Below, in pieces: positions 46,829-55,200 of a stretch of DNA of 64,000 nucleotides. Each line of letters starts with the position of its first letter. Position 1 is the stretch's first letter. The notes below the pieces were generated by a model. The model made no database searches and was not told the origin of the DNA. It was given only the letters and a program-made list of their open reading frames with translations. The stretch comes from Pseudonocardiaceae bacterium (GTDB lineage: Bacteria; Actinomycetota; Actinomycetes; Mycobacteriales; Pseudonocardiaceae): NCBI GenBank assembly GCA_050699875.1, contig JBOHFX010000091.1:1631-65630 (forward strand), written 5' to 3'. A program made the position numbers and the translations under genes.

Positions 46829-48060
46829 CCGGGAACGCCGAACGGTAGCGTCGCCGCCAACCCCGCAACCTGCCGCCCACACAGCGGGCTGAGTGCCAGG
46901 CCGAGACGTTGCGAAACGGCCTGCAGCCGACCGTCGGCCGCCTCGAGTTCCGCTGGGTCGCGGGCGCTGACTCGAACCAGACCGCGCAGCCCGACCTCGG
47001 CGTCGTCTTCCCCTGGTGACAGCGACAGCGAGACGGCTGTGGACAGCGCCCGCACTCCCGTCAACGCGTTGAGATTGTGCGCCGCATTGCTAGGCCCCCA
47101 GCCGGTGATCGCGTAGCTGGCATGCCCGACCCCGGCGGCGGTGACCGCCGTCCATCCTTCATGCAGCGTCACCGGTTGCCCGGTACCGGCCACCGCGGAC
47201 AGCTCGGCGGCCGAGATGCCGGCGCGTAACAGTTGATCGGCATTCACCGGTCGGGTCGCCACACCACGGGATTCCAGCGCGCCGCGCACCCGGGACAGCG
47301 CACCGATCAGTGCCCGGTGGCAGCCCATCACCCCACCACCACGTTCGGCCACCGCGGTCGGGCAGCGGCGGGGATCCAAGCGCACCGCGATCCATGTGGT
47401 GCGGCGGGCGGCCGCCGGTAGCGGGCCGAGAACCTCCAGGTACGAGCGCAGCGCCGGGGACGACGACGGCAGAGCTGCGCTGCCCGGGTAGCAGTGCCAG
47501 ATCACCTGGATCGCGTCCAGCACTACGCCGCGGTCTTGCAGGCAGGGTGCCAGCGTGCCGAGCGGCAGGCCGGCGGCCCCGCCGACCGGTGTGATCATCG
47601 ATGGTGAAGCGACCACCTCCAGCACGGCGGTCCAGGTTCCCTGGTGCCACGCCAGGCCCAGCGGCTCGCGCTGGTGGTCGGTGCCGTGAGCGATGATCAG
47701 ATCCGGCAGGATCAGACGAAGCAGGGCGACTCGTGGATCGTCGGAGCCCCCCGTCGGCTGCAGCGAGACGGCAGCCGCCGGGTCCGGACTGGTGACGCTA
47801 CGGTCGCGGCAGCGCGCCAGGTACCCGACGGCGAGCTGGACCCACCGCACCAACCAGCGACCGCGCCAGCGGACCAGCCCCAACGGCACCGTGGTCAGCA
47901 GCACCCCCAGCGCTGCCCACCACAGGGCGGTGTCCGCGGCGAGTAACGCCAGACCGAGCGCCAGCCCGATCTCCAACACCACCAGGTTGACCAGGGGTAG
48001 TGGACCCAGGCGCGAACCCGTCGAACGCAGCTGGGGTGGAGCCGATGCTGCGGTGGTCAT
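46825..48060 (-). CDS. eccE: Type VII secretion membrane component EccE
   Basis: Start at 'MTTAASAPPQLRSTG'. Two N-terminal TM helices are followed by 'VRWRGRWLVRWVQLAVGYLARC', then a soluble C-terminal domain of about 300 aa. Divergent from eccB. The longer ORF start is an antisense overprint. Confidence 0.7.
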   Translation of the reverse strand: MTTAASAPPQLRSTGSRLGPLPLVNLVVLEIGLALGLALLAADTALWWAALGVLLTTVPLGLVRWRGRWLVRWVQLAVGYLARCRDRSVTSPDPAAAVSLQPTGGSDDPRVALLRLILPDLIIAHGTDHQREPLGLAWHQGTWTAVLEVVASPSMITPVGGAAGLPLGTLAPCLQDRGVVLDAIQVIWHCYPGSAALPSSSPALRSYLEVLGPLPAAARRTTWIAVRLDPRRCPTAVAERGGGVMGCHRALIGALSRVRGALESRGVATRPVNADQLLRAGISAAELSAVAGTGQPVTLHEGWTAVTAAGVGHASYAITGWGPSNAAHNLNALTGVRALSTAVSLSLSPGEDDAEVGLRGLVRVSARDPAELEAADGRLQAVSQRLGLALSPLCGRQVAGLAATLPFGVPG

Positions 48061-48159
48061 ATCTGGCGCCTCCGCGGGCGTGGACGGACGGTGGTCCGCC
48101 GATGGCGCTTCGCTATCCTGCGGCACCGTACAGCCCCGGGAAGAGCGGCAGGCAACCCG

Positions 48160-49638
48160 ATGTCCACCAGCCCGACCACCAAGTCGCAGGTGCAGGCCTA
48201 CCGCTTCGTGCTCCGCAGGATGCAGTCGGCGCTGGTCCGCAAGGACGCGGTGATGCTGCACGAGCCGATGCGCCACCATCTGCGGGCATCGGCGGTCGGT
48301 GCGATCGTGGGTATTCTGGGTTTGGCGGCCTTCTTCGTGGTGGGTCAGTTCCGGCCGGTCAGCGTGCTCAATGCCAATGAGATCGTCATCGGCAGCCCGT
48401 CCCAAGCGATCTTTGTGGTGCAGGACAATCCGCGGCGGCTCATCCCGGTGGTCAATCTGACGTCAGCGCGCTTGCTATTGGCGGCAATCTCACCGGGCCG
48501 GGAGGCAGCGGAGGCCAAGACGGTCGAAGATTCCACATTGGCCGGCATTTCGCGCGGGCCAATGACCGGGCTTCCCGGGCTCCCGCCGCTGCCGGTACCG
48601 GAAAACCTGATCAGCGGAGTTTGGTCGGTATGTGACACCGGCACAATCCGGCCAGATTTGCCGAATGCCGCATCCCGGCCCCAGATTTCCACCACCGTCC
48701 TGGTCCAGGAGCAGGCGCCGGCGAGCCGCCCGCTAGGCGACGATCAGGCCCTGCTCGTGGCAGAGCAGAACACGGGGATCACCTACCTGGTGTGGAACGG
48801 CAGCCGAGGGCGAGTAGACCTGCGCGACGACGCAGTGCGCAGCCACTACCGGCTGGGCAACGTTGTCCCGCGCAAGGTCAGCACCGGCCTGCTCAACGCA
48901 ATCCCCGAGGGGCCCCCGCTCACCCTGCCGGCTATCCCGACCGGACCACCATTCCCGCAGCTTCCGGGTGTCCAGGTTGGTGACGTCGTGCGGGTGAAGG
49001 GTGTCCAGGACTCGTTCTTCTTGCTCCTGCCGCAAGGTGTCCAGCCAGTCGAACCGGCGGTGGCCGACCTGATCCGCTACCGCCGCAGCACGACCACCGA
49101 TTTCGTCAACGTCACACCCGAAGCTATTTCCCGGGTGCCGGAAGCACCGATCGCTAGCCAGCTGAACCTGGCCGGCTTTCCGGCCCAGGTCCCGCAGATC
49201 GTCAAGGTCGCCGAAACGCCGGTTGCCTGCCTTACCTGGCAGGGTCCGGATCGACCTCCGGTGATCACTGTCAGTTCGGAGGAGCAGCTGTCCCTGGGCG
49301 CTGGCCAGAGCCCGGTTGAAGTGCCCCGCGCGGGCCTCGGCCAGACGGCAGACCTGGTTTTCCTGGAGCCGACCAAGGCTGCCCTGGTCCGCGGGGTGGT
49401 GCCCGGCCAGCGTCCCGACACCGGGGCCATCTGGTTGGTCACCGACCAGGGTTTCCGCTTCGGCGTGCCCTCGATGGAGGTCGCGGGTGCACTGGGGCTT
49501 GGTCAGGTCACCACGCCGGCGCCCGAGCCCATCCTGGACCTGCTGCCGATCGGGCCGACCCTGGAGCCCCAGCGGGCCTTGGAACTGTTCAATCCGGCGC
49601 TGGCCCGAGAGCAGGCCGAGCAACGCCCCGGCGGTTGA
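48160..49638 (+). CDS. eccB: Type VII secretion membrane component EccB
   Basis: 'MSTSPTTKSQVQAYRFVLRRMQSALVRKD', a single TM 'AVGAIVGILGLAAFFVV', and a large extracytoplasmic domain. Confidence 0.85.
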   Translation: MSTSPTTKSQVQAYRFVLRRMQSALVRKDAVMLHEPMRHHLRASAVGAIVGILGLAAFFVVGQFRPVSVLNANEIVIGSPSQAIFVVQDNPRRLIPVVNLTSARLLLAAISPGREAAEAKTVEDSTLAGISRGPMTGLPGLPPLPVPENLISGVWSVCDTGTIRPDLPNAASRPQISTTVLVQEQAPASRPLGDDQALLVAEQNTGITYLVWNGSRGRVDLRDDAVRSHYRLGNVVPRKVSTGLLNAIPEGPPLTLPAIPTGPPFPQLPGVQVGDVVRVKGVQDSFFLLLPQGVQPVEPAVADLIRYRRSTTTDFVNVTPEAISRVPEAPIASQLNLAGFPAQVPQIVKVAETPVACLTWQGPDRPPVITVSSEEQLSLGAGQSPVEVPRAGLGQTADLVFLEPTKAALVRGVVPGQRPDTGAIWLVTDQGFRFGVPSMEVAGALGLGQVTTPAPEPILDLLPIGPTLEPQRALELFNPALAREQAEQRPGG

Positions 49639-49703
49639 GCCACGGCATGCGCCCTGGCGGAGCAAGCTTCGACCGCGCCTCTTCCCTCGACCAGCGGTGT
49701 ACC

Positions 49704-49991
49704 ATGACGACCATGAGTACACATAGCCTTCGCGACCTGCGCAACAATCTCGGCGCTGTGGTGCGCGAGGTTGCCTACACCGGTCACGAGGCGGTCATCA
49801 CCGACAACGGCCGGGACGTCGCTGTCATTATCAGCTTGGACGATTACGAGCGGCTACACGAGCACGCCGATATCGCCGACGCCCTGCGTCTACGGAACCT
49901 GCGCGCCACCGGCTACGCCACAATTTCGCTGGACGACATGCTCGCCACGCTGGGCGTATCTATCGAGGATTTCGCAGAGCAGGCAGTGTGA
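49704..49991 (+). CDS. Phd/YefM-family antitoxin
   Basis: 'HSLRDLRNNLGAVVREVAYTGHEAVITDNGRDVAVIISLDDYERL'. It overlaps the toxin start by 4 nt. Confidence 0.75.
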   Translation: MTTMSTHSLRDLRNNLGAVVREVAYTGHEAVITDNGRDVAVIISLDDYERLHEHADIADALRLRNLRATGYATISLDDMLATLGVSIEDFAEQAV

Positions 49992-50239
49992 ACATCGCGT
50001 TTCATCCCGACGTCTACAAGCAGCTCCAGCAACTGCCTCGCCAGATGTTCTCAGCAGCGCTACACGCAATCATTGCCCTCACACACAACCCGCGACCGAT
50101 CGGTGTCAAGAAGCTGGTCGGTAGTCGCAGCGACTGGCGCATACGCCTCGGCGAATACCGAATCATCTATGAGATCGACGATACCGCCGAGACAATAACG
50201 GTGCTGCAGGTTGAACACCGGCGGGATGCGTACCGCTGA
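49988..50239 (+). CDS. RelE/ParE-family toxin
   Basis: 83 aa: 'GSRSDWRIRLGEYRIIYEIDDTAETITVLQVEHRRDAY'. Confidence 0.75.
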   Translation: MNIAFHPDVYKQLQQLPRQMFSAALHAIIALTHNPRPIGVKKLVGSRSDWRIRLGEYRIIYEIDDTAETITVLQVEHRRDAYR

Positions 50240-50368
50240 TCGCAGACGATCCCGGCCGCCGACAAGCCTCCTGAGAGGTGCGGGGAGGTTGACGACAACC
50301 GCTCTTCTGCGCACACTGTACCCAGTAGCGTATTAGCGTACGACGTACTCAGTCAGGAGGCGGCAACG

Positions 50369-51220
50369 GTGCTGATCTTGGTGACCGGAGCGACCGGGAC
50401 CGTCGGGAGCAGTCTTGTCCGGCAGCTTGTGAGCGCGGGGCACCGGGTTCGAGCACTGACCCGCAACCCTGGATCGGAGGCGGCGGCGAGGCTGCCGAAG
50501 CATGTCGAGATCGTCCAAGGCGACTTCAGCACGCCGGAGACCCTCGTTCCCGCCTTGTGCGGGGTCGAGCGGATGCATCTGGTCGCAATCGACGGGTACG
50601 GCCCGTTGACCACCGGTCCGCAGATCCTCGAGCTTGCGAAGCGGGCCGGTGTGCGTCGGATCACGCACTTGGGTCACCACGATCCGAGCAGGGCCGACGA
50701 CGATCCGTTGGAGGCCGACCACCGCGCCGTGCAGAAGGCCATCGAGAACTCCGGCCTGGAGTGGACTCACGTGTTCCCGGGTGAGTTCATGGCCAACACC
50801 TGGGAGTGGGCCGAGTCCATCAAGACCGAGGGTGTCGTGCGTGCGCCGTTCGGCGGTTGGAACAGCGCGATGGTCCACGAGGCCGACGTCGCCGCCGTAA
50901 TCATGGCCGCGCTGCTGGAGGACAACCACGTGGGCAAGACGTACTGGCCGACCGGTCCGGAGCCGGTGAAACGTCGCGACGCGGTACGGATGATCGGCGA
51001 GGCCATCGGCCGGAAGATCCAATTCATCGAGCTAACTCCTGCACAAGCCCGCGAACACTGGAAGGACAGCTACCCCGAGCAAGTTATCGAGTGGTTCTTG
51101 GAGATGGGGCAGTATCTCGACGGCAACGCCCCGGTCCTGCCGGACCTCGAGCAGGTCACCGGCAAGCGAGGACGCACCTTCGCGCAGTGGGCCATCGACC
51201 ATGCCGACGACTTCCGCTGA
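50369..51220 (+). CDS. NmrA-like / atypical SDR NAD(P)-binding protein
   Basis: 'MLILVTGATGTVGSSLVRQLVSAGHRVRALTRNP'. AGGAGG lies upstream of the start. Confidence 0.8.
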   Translation: MLILVTGATGTVGSSLVRQLVSAGHRVRALTRNPGSEAAARLPKHVEIVQGDFSTPETLVPALCGVERMHLVAIDGYGPLTTGPQILELAKRAGVRRITHLGHHDPSRADDDPLEADHRAVQKAIENSGLEWTHVFPGEFMANTWEWAESIKTEGVVRAPFGGWNSAMVHEADVAAVIMAALLEDNHVGKTYWPTGPEPVKRRDAVRMIGEAIGRKIQFIELTPAQAREHWKDSYPEQVIEWFLEMGQYLDGNAPVLPDLEQVTGKRGRTFAQWAIDHADDFR

Positions 51221-51245
51221 CCCCCAATAACCCCGGTGACTGAGC

Positions 51246-51407
51246 ATGACGATCCTGGTGACTGGCGCGACTGGGCATGTCGGCCGGCACATCGTGGAGC
51301 AGCTGGCAGCGCGTGGTGTGGCGGTGCGGGCGCTCACGCGTGCTCGCCACACCGCTGACCTACCCGAAACCCCGCTCAGCCCCGCTGGACGCGGTGGTGC
51401 CGTTTGA
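51246..51407 (+). pseudogene. 5' remnant of a second NmrA-like gene, truncated where it meets the 3' end of mycP
   Basis: My own translation gives 'MTILVTGATGHVGRHIVEQLAARGVAVRALTRARHTADLPE...', followed by nonsense over the antisense of mycP and a stop at 51405-51407. Confidence 0.4.
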
Positions 51408-52809
51408 TGGTGTGGACGATCAGTAGGGTGAGTCCTAAGAGAGTGATAGCGGCGGCGGAGCCGGCGAGAGCGATGGTGCGCGGCAGCGTGTCGTCCGGCG
51501 GTGACGGTCCGAGACCATCCAAAGTGGTCGGACGCGGCGGCTCGGGATGGGGACCTTGCTCCTCGGGCAGCACCGCAGTGAGCGCGGCGACCGGGTCGAC
51601 CATTCCGTAGCCGAGTTCCTCGCTGCGCCCATCGTGGCCGGCGGTGTGCTGGGCGGTCTTTTGGATGCGCTGCATCACCTGGCGCGCGGTCAGGTGCCGG
51701 TACCGGTCCCTGACCAGCGCGGCGAGTCCAGCGACGTATGGCGTGGCGAAGCTGGTGCCGTCGAGCCCGCGCGCTACGCCCCGGGTGTCGACGAGTGCAG
51801 TGGTCAGCCCCGGTCGACCGGCCGCCAGGGATACCGCCCCGGTGCCCGGAGCGGCCACATCCACCCACGGTGCACGGATCGAGAAGTCCGCGGGCTCGTC
51901 ATGGTCATCGGTCGCAGCGACGGTGAGCACGTCGTTGTCGAACCAGCCTGGCGACGAGATCGTGGTGACCGCTCCGGGGCTGTTCTGCTTGCAGGTGCTA
52001 CTGGTGTTGGCGGCGGCGACCACCACGACTGCGTCGTGCTCCACCGCGTAGTGCACGGCGGCCTGCAGGTCTGGGGCGTTGACCTGGTCGGGCTCGGCGG
52101 GAAAGCAGGCGGCCTCCGAGATGTTGATCACCGTCGCGCCTAGCTGGACCGCGCGCATCACGGCCTGCGCCATGCTGACCGTGTCGCCGGCACCTGAACT
52201 GCGGGTCTCCTCGCGGGTGTCGAGGTGGCGCAGCGGTACCGAATAGAAGGTGCTGGCCTGGCGAATGGCCAGGATCTGCGCGTCAGGCGCTACTCCGACG
52301 AATCGAGTGGCTGGATCGGGCGCTGCGGCGATGAGGCCGGCTACCGCAGTGCCATGGCCGTCGCAGTCGAAAAGGCCGCTGCGATTCTCGATGTAATCGC
52401 CACCGTCGACCAACCTTCCGCGCAGTCTGGGATGCGGCTGAACGCCACTGTCGATCACGGCGATCCGCTGGTCGCGTCCGGTCGCGAACTCGTGGGCTTG
52501 CCGGATCCGCAGCCGCTGTTGCGCCGGCGGCTCGGCTTCCAGGTCCGGTGCGCCAGCTAGTGCCGGCTGCTGGCAGGGCGCCTGCTGCTCGACCGGGCCG
52601 GTCTGCCGGGTAGCCGTGTTGTTCACGGTGTAAGGCATGGCTTTCACGCTGCCGGGGGTTGGCACGGCGGCTGGATTCACGGGAGGTGGTATCCCTGGTG
52701 GTCGGCTGCCGGGCTGGGCGGCCACTGACCACCCCGGACCCACCAGGCACAGCAAAGCGGCCCCGACAGCCCCAGCCGCAGTGCGGCGACGACCGGCGAA
52801 TGTCTTCAC
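51376..52809 (-). CDS. mycP: Mycosin (subtilisin-like type VII secretion protease)
   Basis: Signal peptide; 'AVIDSGV' (Asp), 'DGHGTAVAGLIAA' (His), 'GTSFATPYVAGLAALV' (Ser); C-terminal TM anchor 'AAAITLLGLTLLIVHTI'. Confidence 0.9.
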   Translation of the reverse strand: MKTFAGRRRTAAGAVGAALLCLVGPGWSVAAQPGSRPPGIPPPVNPAAVPTPGSVKAMPYTVNNTATRQTGPVEQQAPCQQPALAGAPDLEAEPPAQQRLRIRQAHEFATGRDQRIAVIDSGVQPHPRLRGRLVDGGDYIENRSGLFDCDGHGTAVAGLIAAAPDPATRFVGVAPDAQILAIRQASTFYSVPLRHLDTREETRSSGAGDTVSMAQAVMRAVQLGATVINISEAACFPAEPDQVNAPDLQAAVHYAVEHDAVVVVAAANTSSTCKQNSPGAVTTISSPGWFDNDVLTVAATDDHDEPADFSIRAPWVDVAAPGTGAVSLAAGRPGLTTALVDTRGVARGLDGTSFATPYVAGLAALVRDRYRHLTARQVMQRIQKTAQHTAGHDGRSEELGYGMVDPVAALTAVLPEEQGPHPEPPRPTTLDGLGPSPPDDTLPRTIALAGSAAAITLLGLTLLIVHTIKRHHRVQRG

Positions 52810-54356
52810 AATGCCCGGAAGGTGTTGTAGAGGTCCATCACACCCAGGGCCAGCGGTAGCACCGCGGCGATGAGCACCGCTTCCATGACGTCTACCGCGC
52901 GGCGTGCCACCGGCGAGAACCGGCGGCGAGGCAGGACCAGTCCGGCGATCAGCGCGAACGTCGCGACAACCAGCAGGCCACCGAAGCCGACCAGCAGCAA
53001 GACGGCCTGGTCAGCTGTCGCCATTAGCCCGGCCATCATCCCGCCTACCGCGGCCATCCCGCTGACCAGCAGCGCTATCGCCTGGCTGCCGTTGGCGTAG
53101 GACCGGGCCCGCAAGAGCAGAACGGCGGCGACGACGGCGCCCAGTAGGACTCCCAACGTACCACCGGCCGCGGCCAGGACCGCGCCGATCGCGGCTACCG
53201 CACCGGCTCCCATGATCATGCCGGTCAGATACTCGTGTGCCAGACCTGACCGACGCTCGATCGCGGTGTAGTTCGGTAATCCAGCGTCTTCCTGGAGGTC
53301 CTGGGCGCTACTCGGAACCTTTGGCATCGGTAGCCGAGACAGTTGGATGGTCAACCGGGGCAACGCCGAGATGGCACCGAGAGCCAGTGCAGCTGCCCCC
53401 GCCGCGATGCCTGCCCCGGGACGATCAACCAGGCTGGCCACCAGAAAAGCCAACGCTCCCAGTGCAGCGGCGGTGGCGGTGGCGACGAACGGTGTGATGC
53501 CGGCACCAAGCACCATGATCGACGCGCTGGCGAGCACCAGGGTCAGCGTGCAGGCCAGTAAGAGGTTCTCCGAGCCGACGCTGCCAGGAACGATGTAGAG
53601 GCCGCTGACGAAGCCCAGCGGCAGGCTTGCTGCTGCGACCAGCACGCCCGCGTTCGTCTCGGCGTACACCCGGCCAATGACCGAGCCGACGACCAGCGCG
53701 GTCACCGCTGCCGCACCCGCGAGGAAGGCGACGCCGAGCCCGGGTCCGGCGCGGAGCAGGGCAACGGCACCGCCCAGCAACGCCAATCCGCCTGCGACCA
53801 TCCCGAGCGTGCGGGCAGTTCGCTCGGTCCATGGGCGGTAGCTGCTCGGTGCGGTTGCCGCGATGGCTTCGACCACGTCGTCGAACAGCGGGGGCGGGGG
53901 GTTGTCGGTACGGCGCCGGAGCTGCAACAGATCGCCGTCGACCACGCCCAGTGCGGCCAGCGGACGGTCCGGATCGATCACCTCGCCGCCGAGCTTCGCC
54001 AGACACCAGCCGCCGTGCCTGGTGCCACCGTCTGGACTGGACTCGCCGGCCATCTTGAGCAGCATCGGCAACAGATTGACGACCGCGACATCCGACGGCA
54101 GCGCCAGGTCGATGCGGGTGCGGGGGGCTACCACTGTCACTCTGCTCAGCGCTGCGGACGGTGGAACCGTCGATCCAGCGCCGGACGGTGGAACCGTCGA
54201 TCCAGCGCCGGACGGTGGAACTGACTGTGACGGTTGCATCAAGGGTCCCGCCGAATGTCGAGCCGTCGATCCAGCCCGAGACGGTGGAACCGTCGATCCA
54301 GCCCGAGACGGTTGAACCGCCGGAGCCCCGTTGGTATTGCTCGGCACCCGCTGCAC
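52806..54356 (-). CDS. eccD: Type VII secretion membrane channel component EccD (start uncertain: 54356, 54239 or GTG 54140)
   Basis: 'RVTVVAPRTRIDLALPSDVAVVNLLPMLLKM' is the ubiquitin-like N-domain, followed by about 11 TM helices. The stop overlaps the mycP start. Confidence 0.85.
   Translation of the reverse strand: MQRVPSNTNGAPAVQPSRAGSTVPPSRAGSTARHSAGPLMQPSQSVPPSGAGSTVPPSGAGSTVPPSAALSRVTVVAPRTRIDLALPSDVAVVNLLPMLLKMAGESSPDGGTRHGGWCLAKLGGEVIDPDRPLAALGVVDGDLLQLRRRTDNPPPPLFDDVVEAIAATAPSSYRPWTERTARTLGMVAGGLALLGGAVALLRAGPGLGVAFLAGAAAVTALVVGSVIGRVYAETNAGVLVAAASLPLGFVSGLYIVPGSVGSENLLLACTLTLVLASASIMVLGAGITPFVATATAAALGALAFLVASLVDRPGAGIAAGAAALALGAISALPRLTIQLSRLPMPKVPSSAQDLQEDAGLPNYTAIERRSGLAHEYLTGMIMGAGAVAAIGAVLAAAGGTLGVLLGAVVAAVLLLRARSYANGSQAIALLVSGMAAVGGMMAGLMATADQAVLLLVGFGGLLVVATFALIAGLVLPRRRFSPVARRAVDVMEAVLIAAVLPLALGVMDLYNTFRAL
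54157..54320. repeat. 27-bp tandem repeats (about 5 units, two subfamilies) at or upstream of the eccD 5' end
   Basis: GACGGTGGAACCGTCGATCCAGCGCCG occurs at 54157-54183 and 54184-54210, with a partial third unit. CCGTCGATCCAGCCCGAGACGGTGGAA occurs at 54263-54289 and 54290-54316. In the eccD frame these encode STVPPS(G/R)AG units. Confidence 0.85.
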
Positions 54357-54767
54357 TCCTCGCTCGGCCCGCCGATGTGCGGTGGCCGCGGCACTGTAGT
54401 TCCCGGAGTATCCATCGGTGCAGCGCCAGCCGTTCTAGGGGCCCGCACCCCCGGCTCGTCCTCCACACCTGCGACGATGGGCCACAGGACGTGGACAATT
54501 GCAGTAATGCACCGGCCGCCGATCGGCCCAGCGGATGCGCAGCTCATCGCCGAGAGGCCGCAAGCCGACGGCCAACGGCTCATCGCTCCTGATCCGGCTT
54601 ACCGCCCACCATCGGCCGTGTCGGTATGGCCTCAGGCATCGAGCGTGGCGAGTTCTATCTGCTCGACCCGCTGCACCTGCGCGCTCTCGCGTCCTGGCGT
54701 CGTTTGTCGCAGCAGCCACAGTGTCACGTCAGCCCCAGCAAGGACGCACAGCGATTTTCTGTGCAGT

Positions 54768-54809
54768 TGCCACAGGCGGCAACTGCGGAGATGGTTGCCG
54801 CCTGTGGCA
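54768..54809. other. Perfect 16-bp inverted repeat in the eccD-eccC divergent spacer
   Basis: TGCCACAGGCGGCAAC (54768-54783), a 10-nt loop, then GTTGCCGCCTGTGGCA (54794-54809). Confidence 0.6.
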
Positions 54810-55200
54810 CGTTCTCACGCTGCAACACCCCTTCCCGGGCAGCCCGTACAGCGACGATCGCCGTTCGTCTCCCCCAACGCCGAGCCTCGATCTCGGATGA
54901 TCGCCTTGTCGGTAGGAGGCTGTTGCCGAGTTGCTCCGTGACGACGGGACCGGCGTGGTAGGCCCCGGAAGAACGTCCGTGGCGTCGAGTTCACGGACAC
55001 CGCTGGTTGACAGGCTCCGGGGAGGGGCCTGGTGGTATTCGGGTGAACCGCCGTGGCGCGCTACGGCGGCTGCTCCGGCATCGCTGACCATCTGCCCTTC
55101 GTCAGCGTCACGCAGGCGCTAGGGTGACCGGCCGCGCGCGAAGCCGTCCACCGTCCACGGGGTGATCGCGCGCGGGTGGGCCCCGGGAGGTGGTCTGGAC

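Noticed and set aside
54157-54320. Possible CRISPR array suggested by the regular 27-bp repeats.
   Set aside because: The units are directly tandem with no unique spacers, there are only about five copies, and no cas genes are in the window. This is a minisatellite, not CRISPR.
54234-55122. ORFs in the eccD-eccC spacer (54234-54941, 54535-54900, 54626-54961, 54729-55091) as candidate extra ESX genes.
   Set aside because: The translations are Arg/Pro/Ser-rich, without hydrophobic cores, WXG or other motifs. The ORFs overlap one another in several frames. I could not support any of them as coding.
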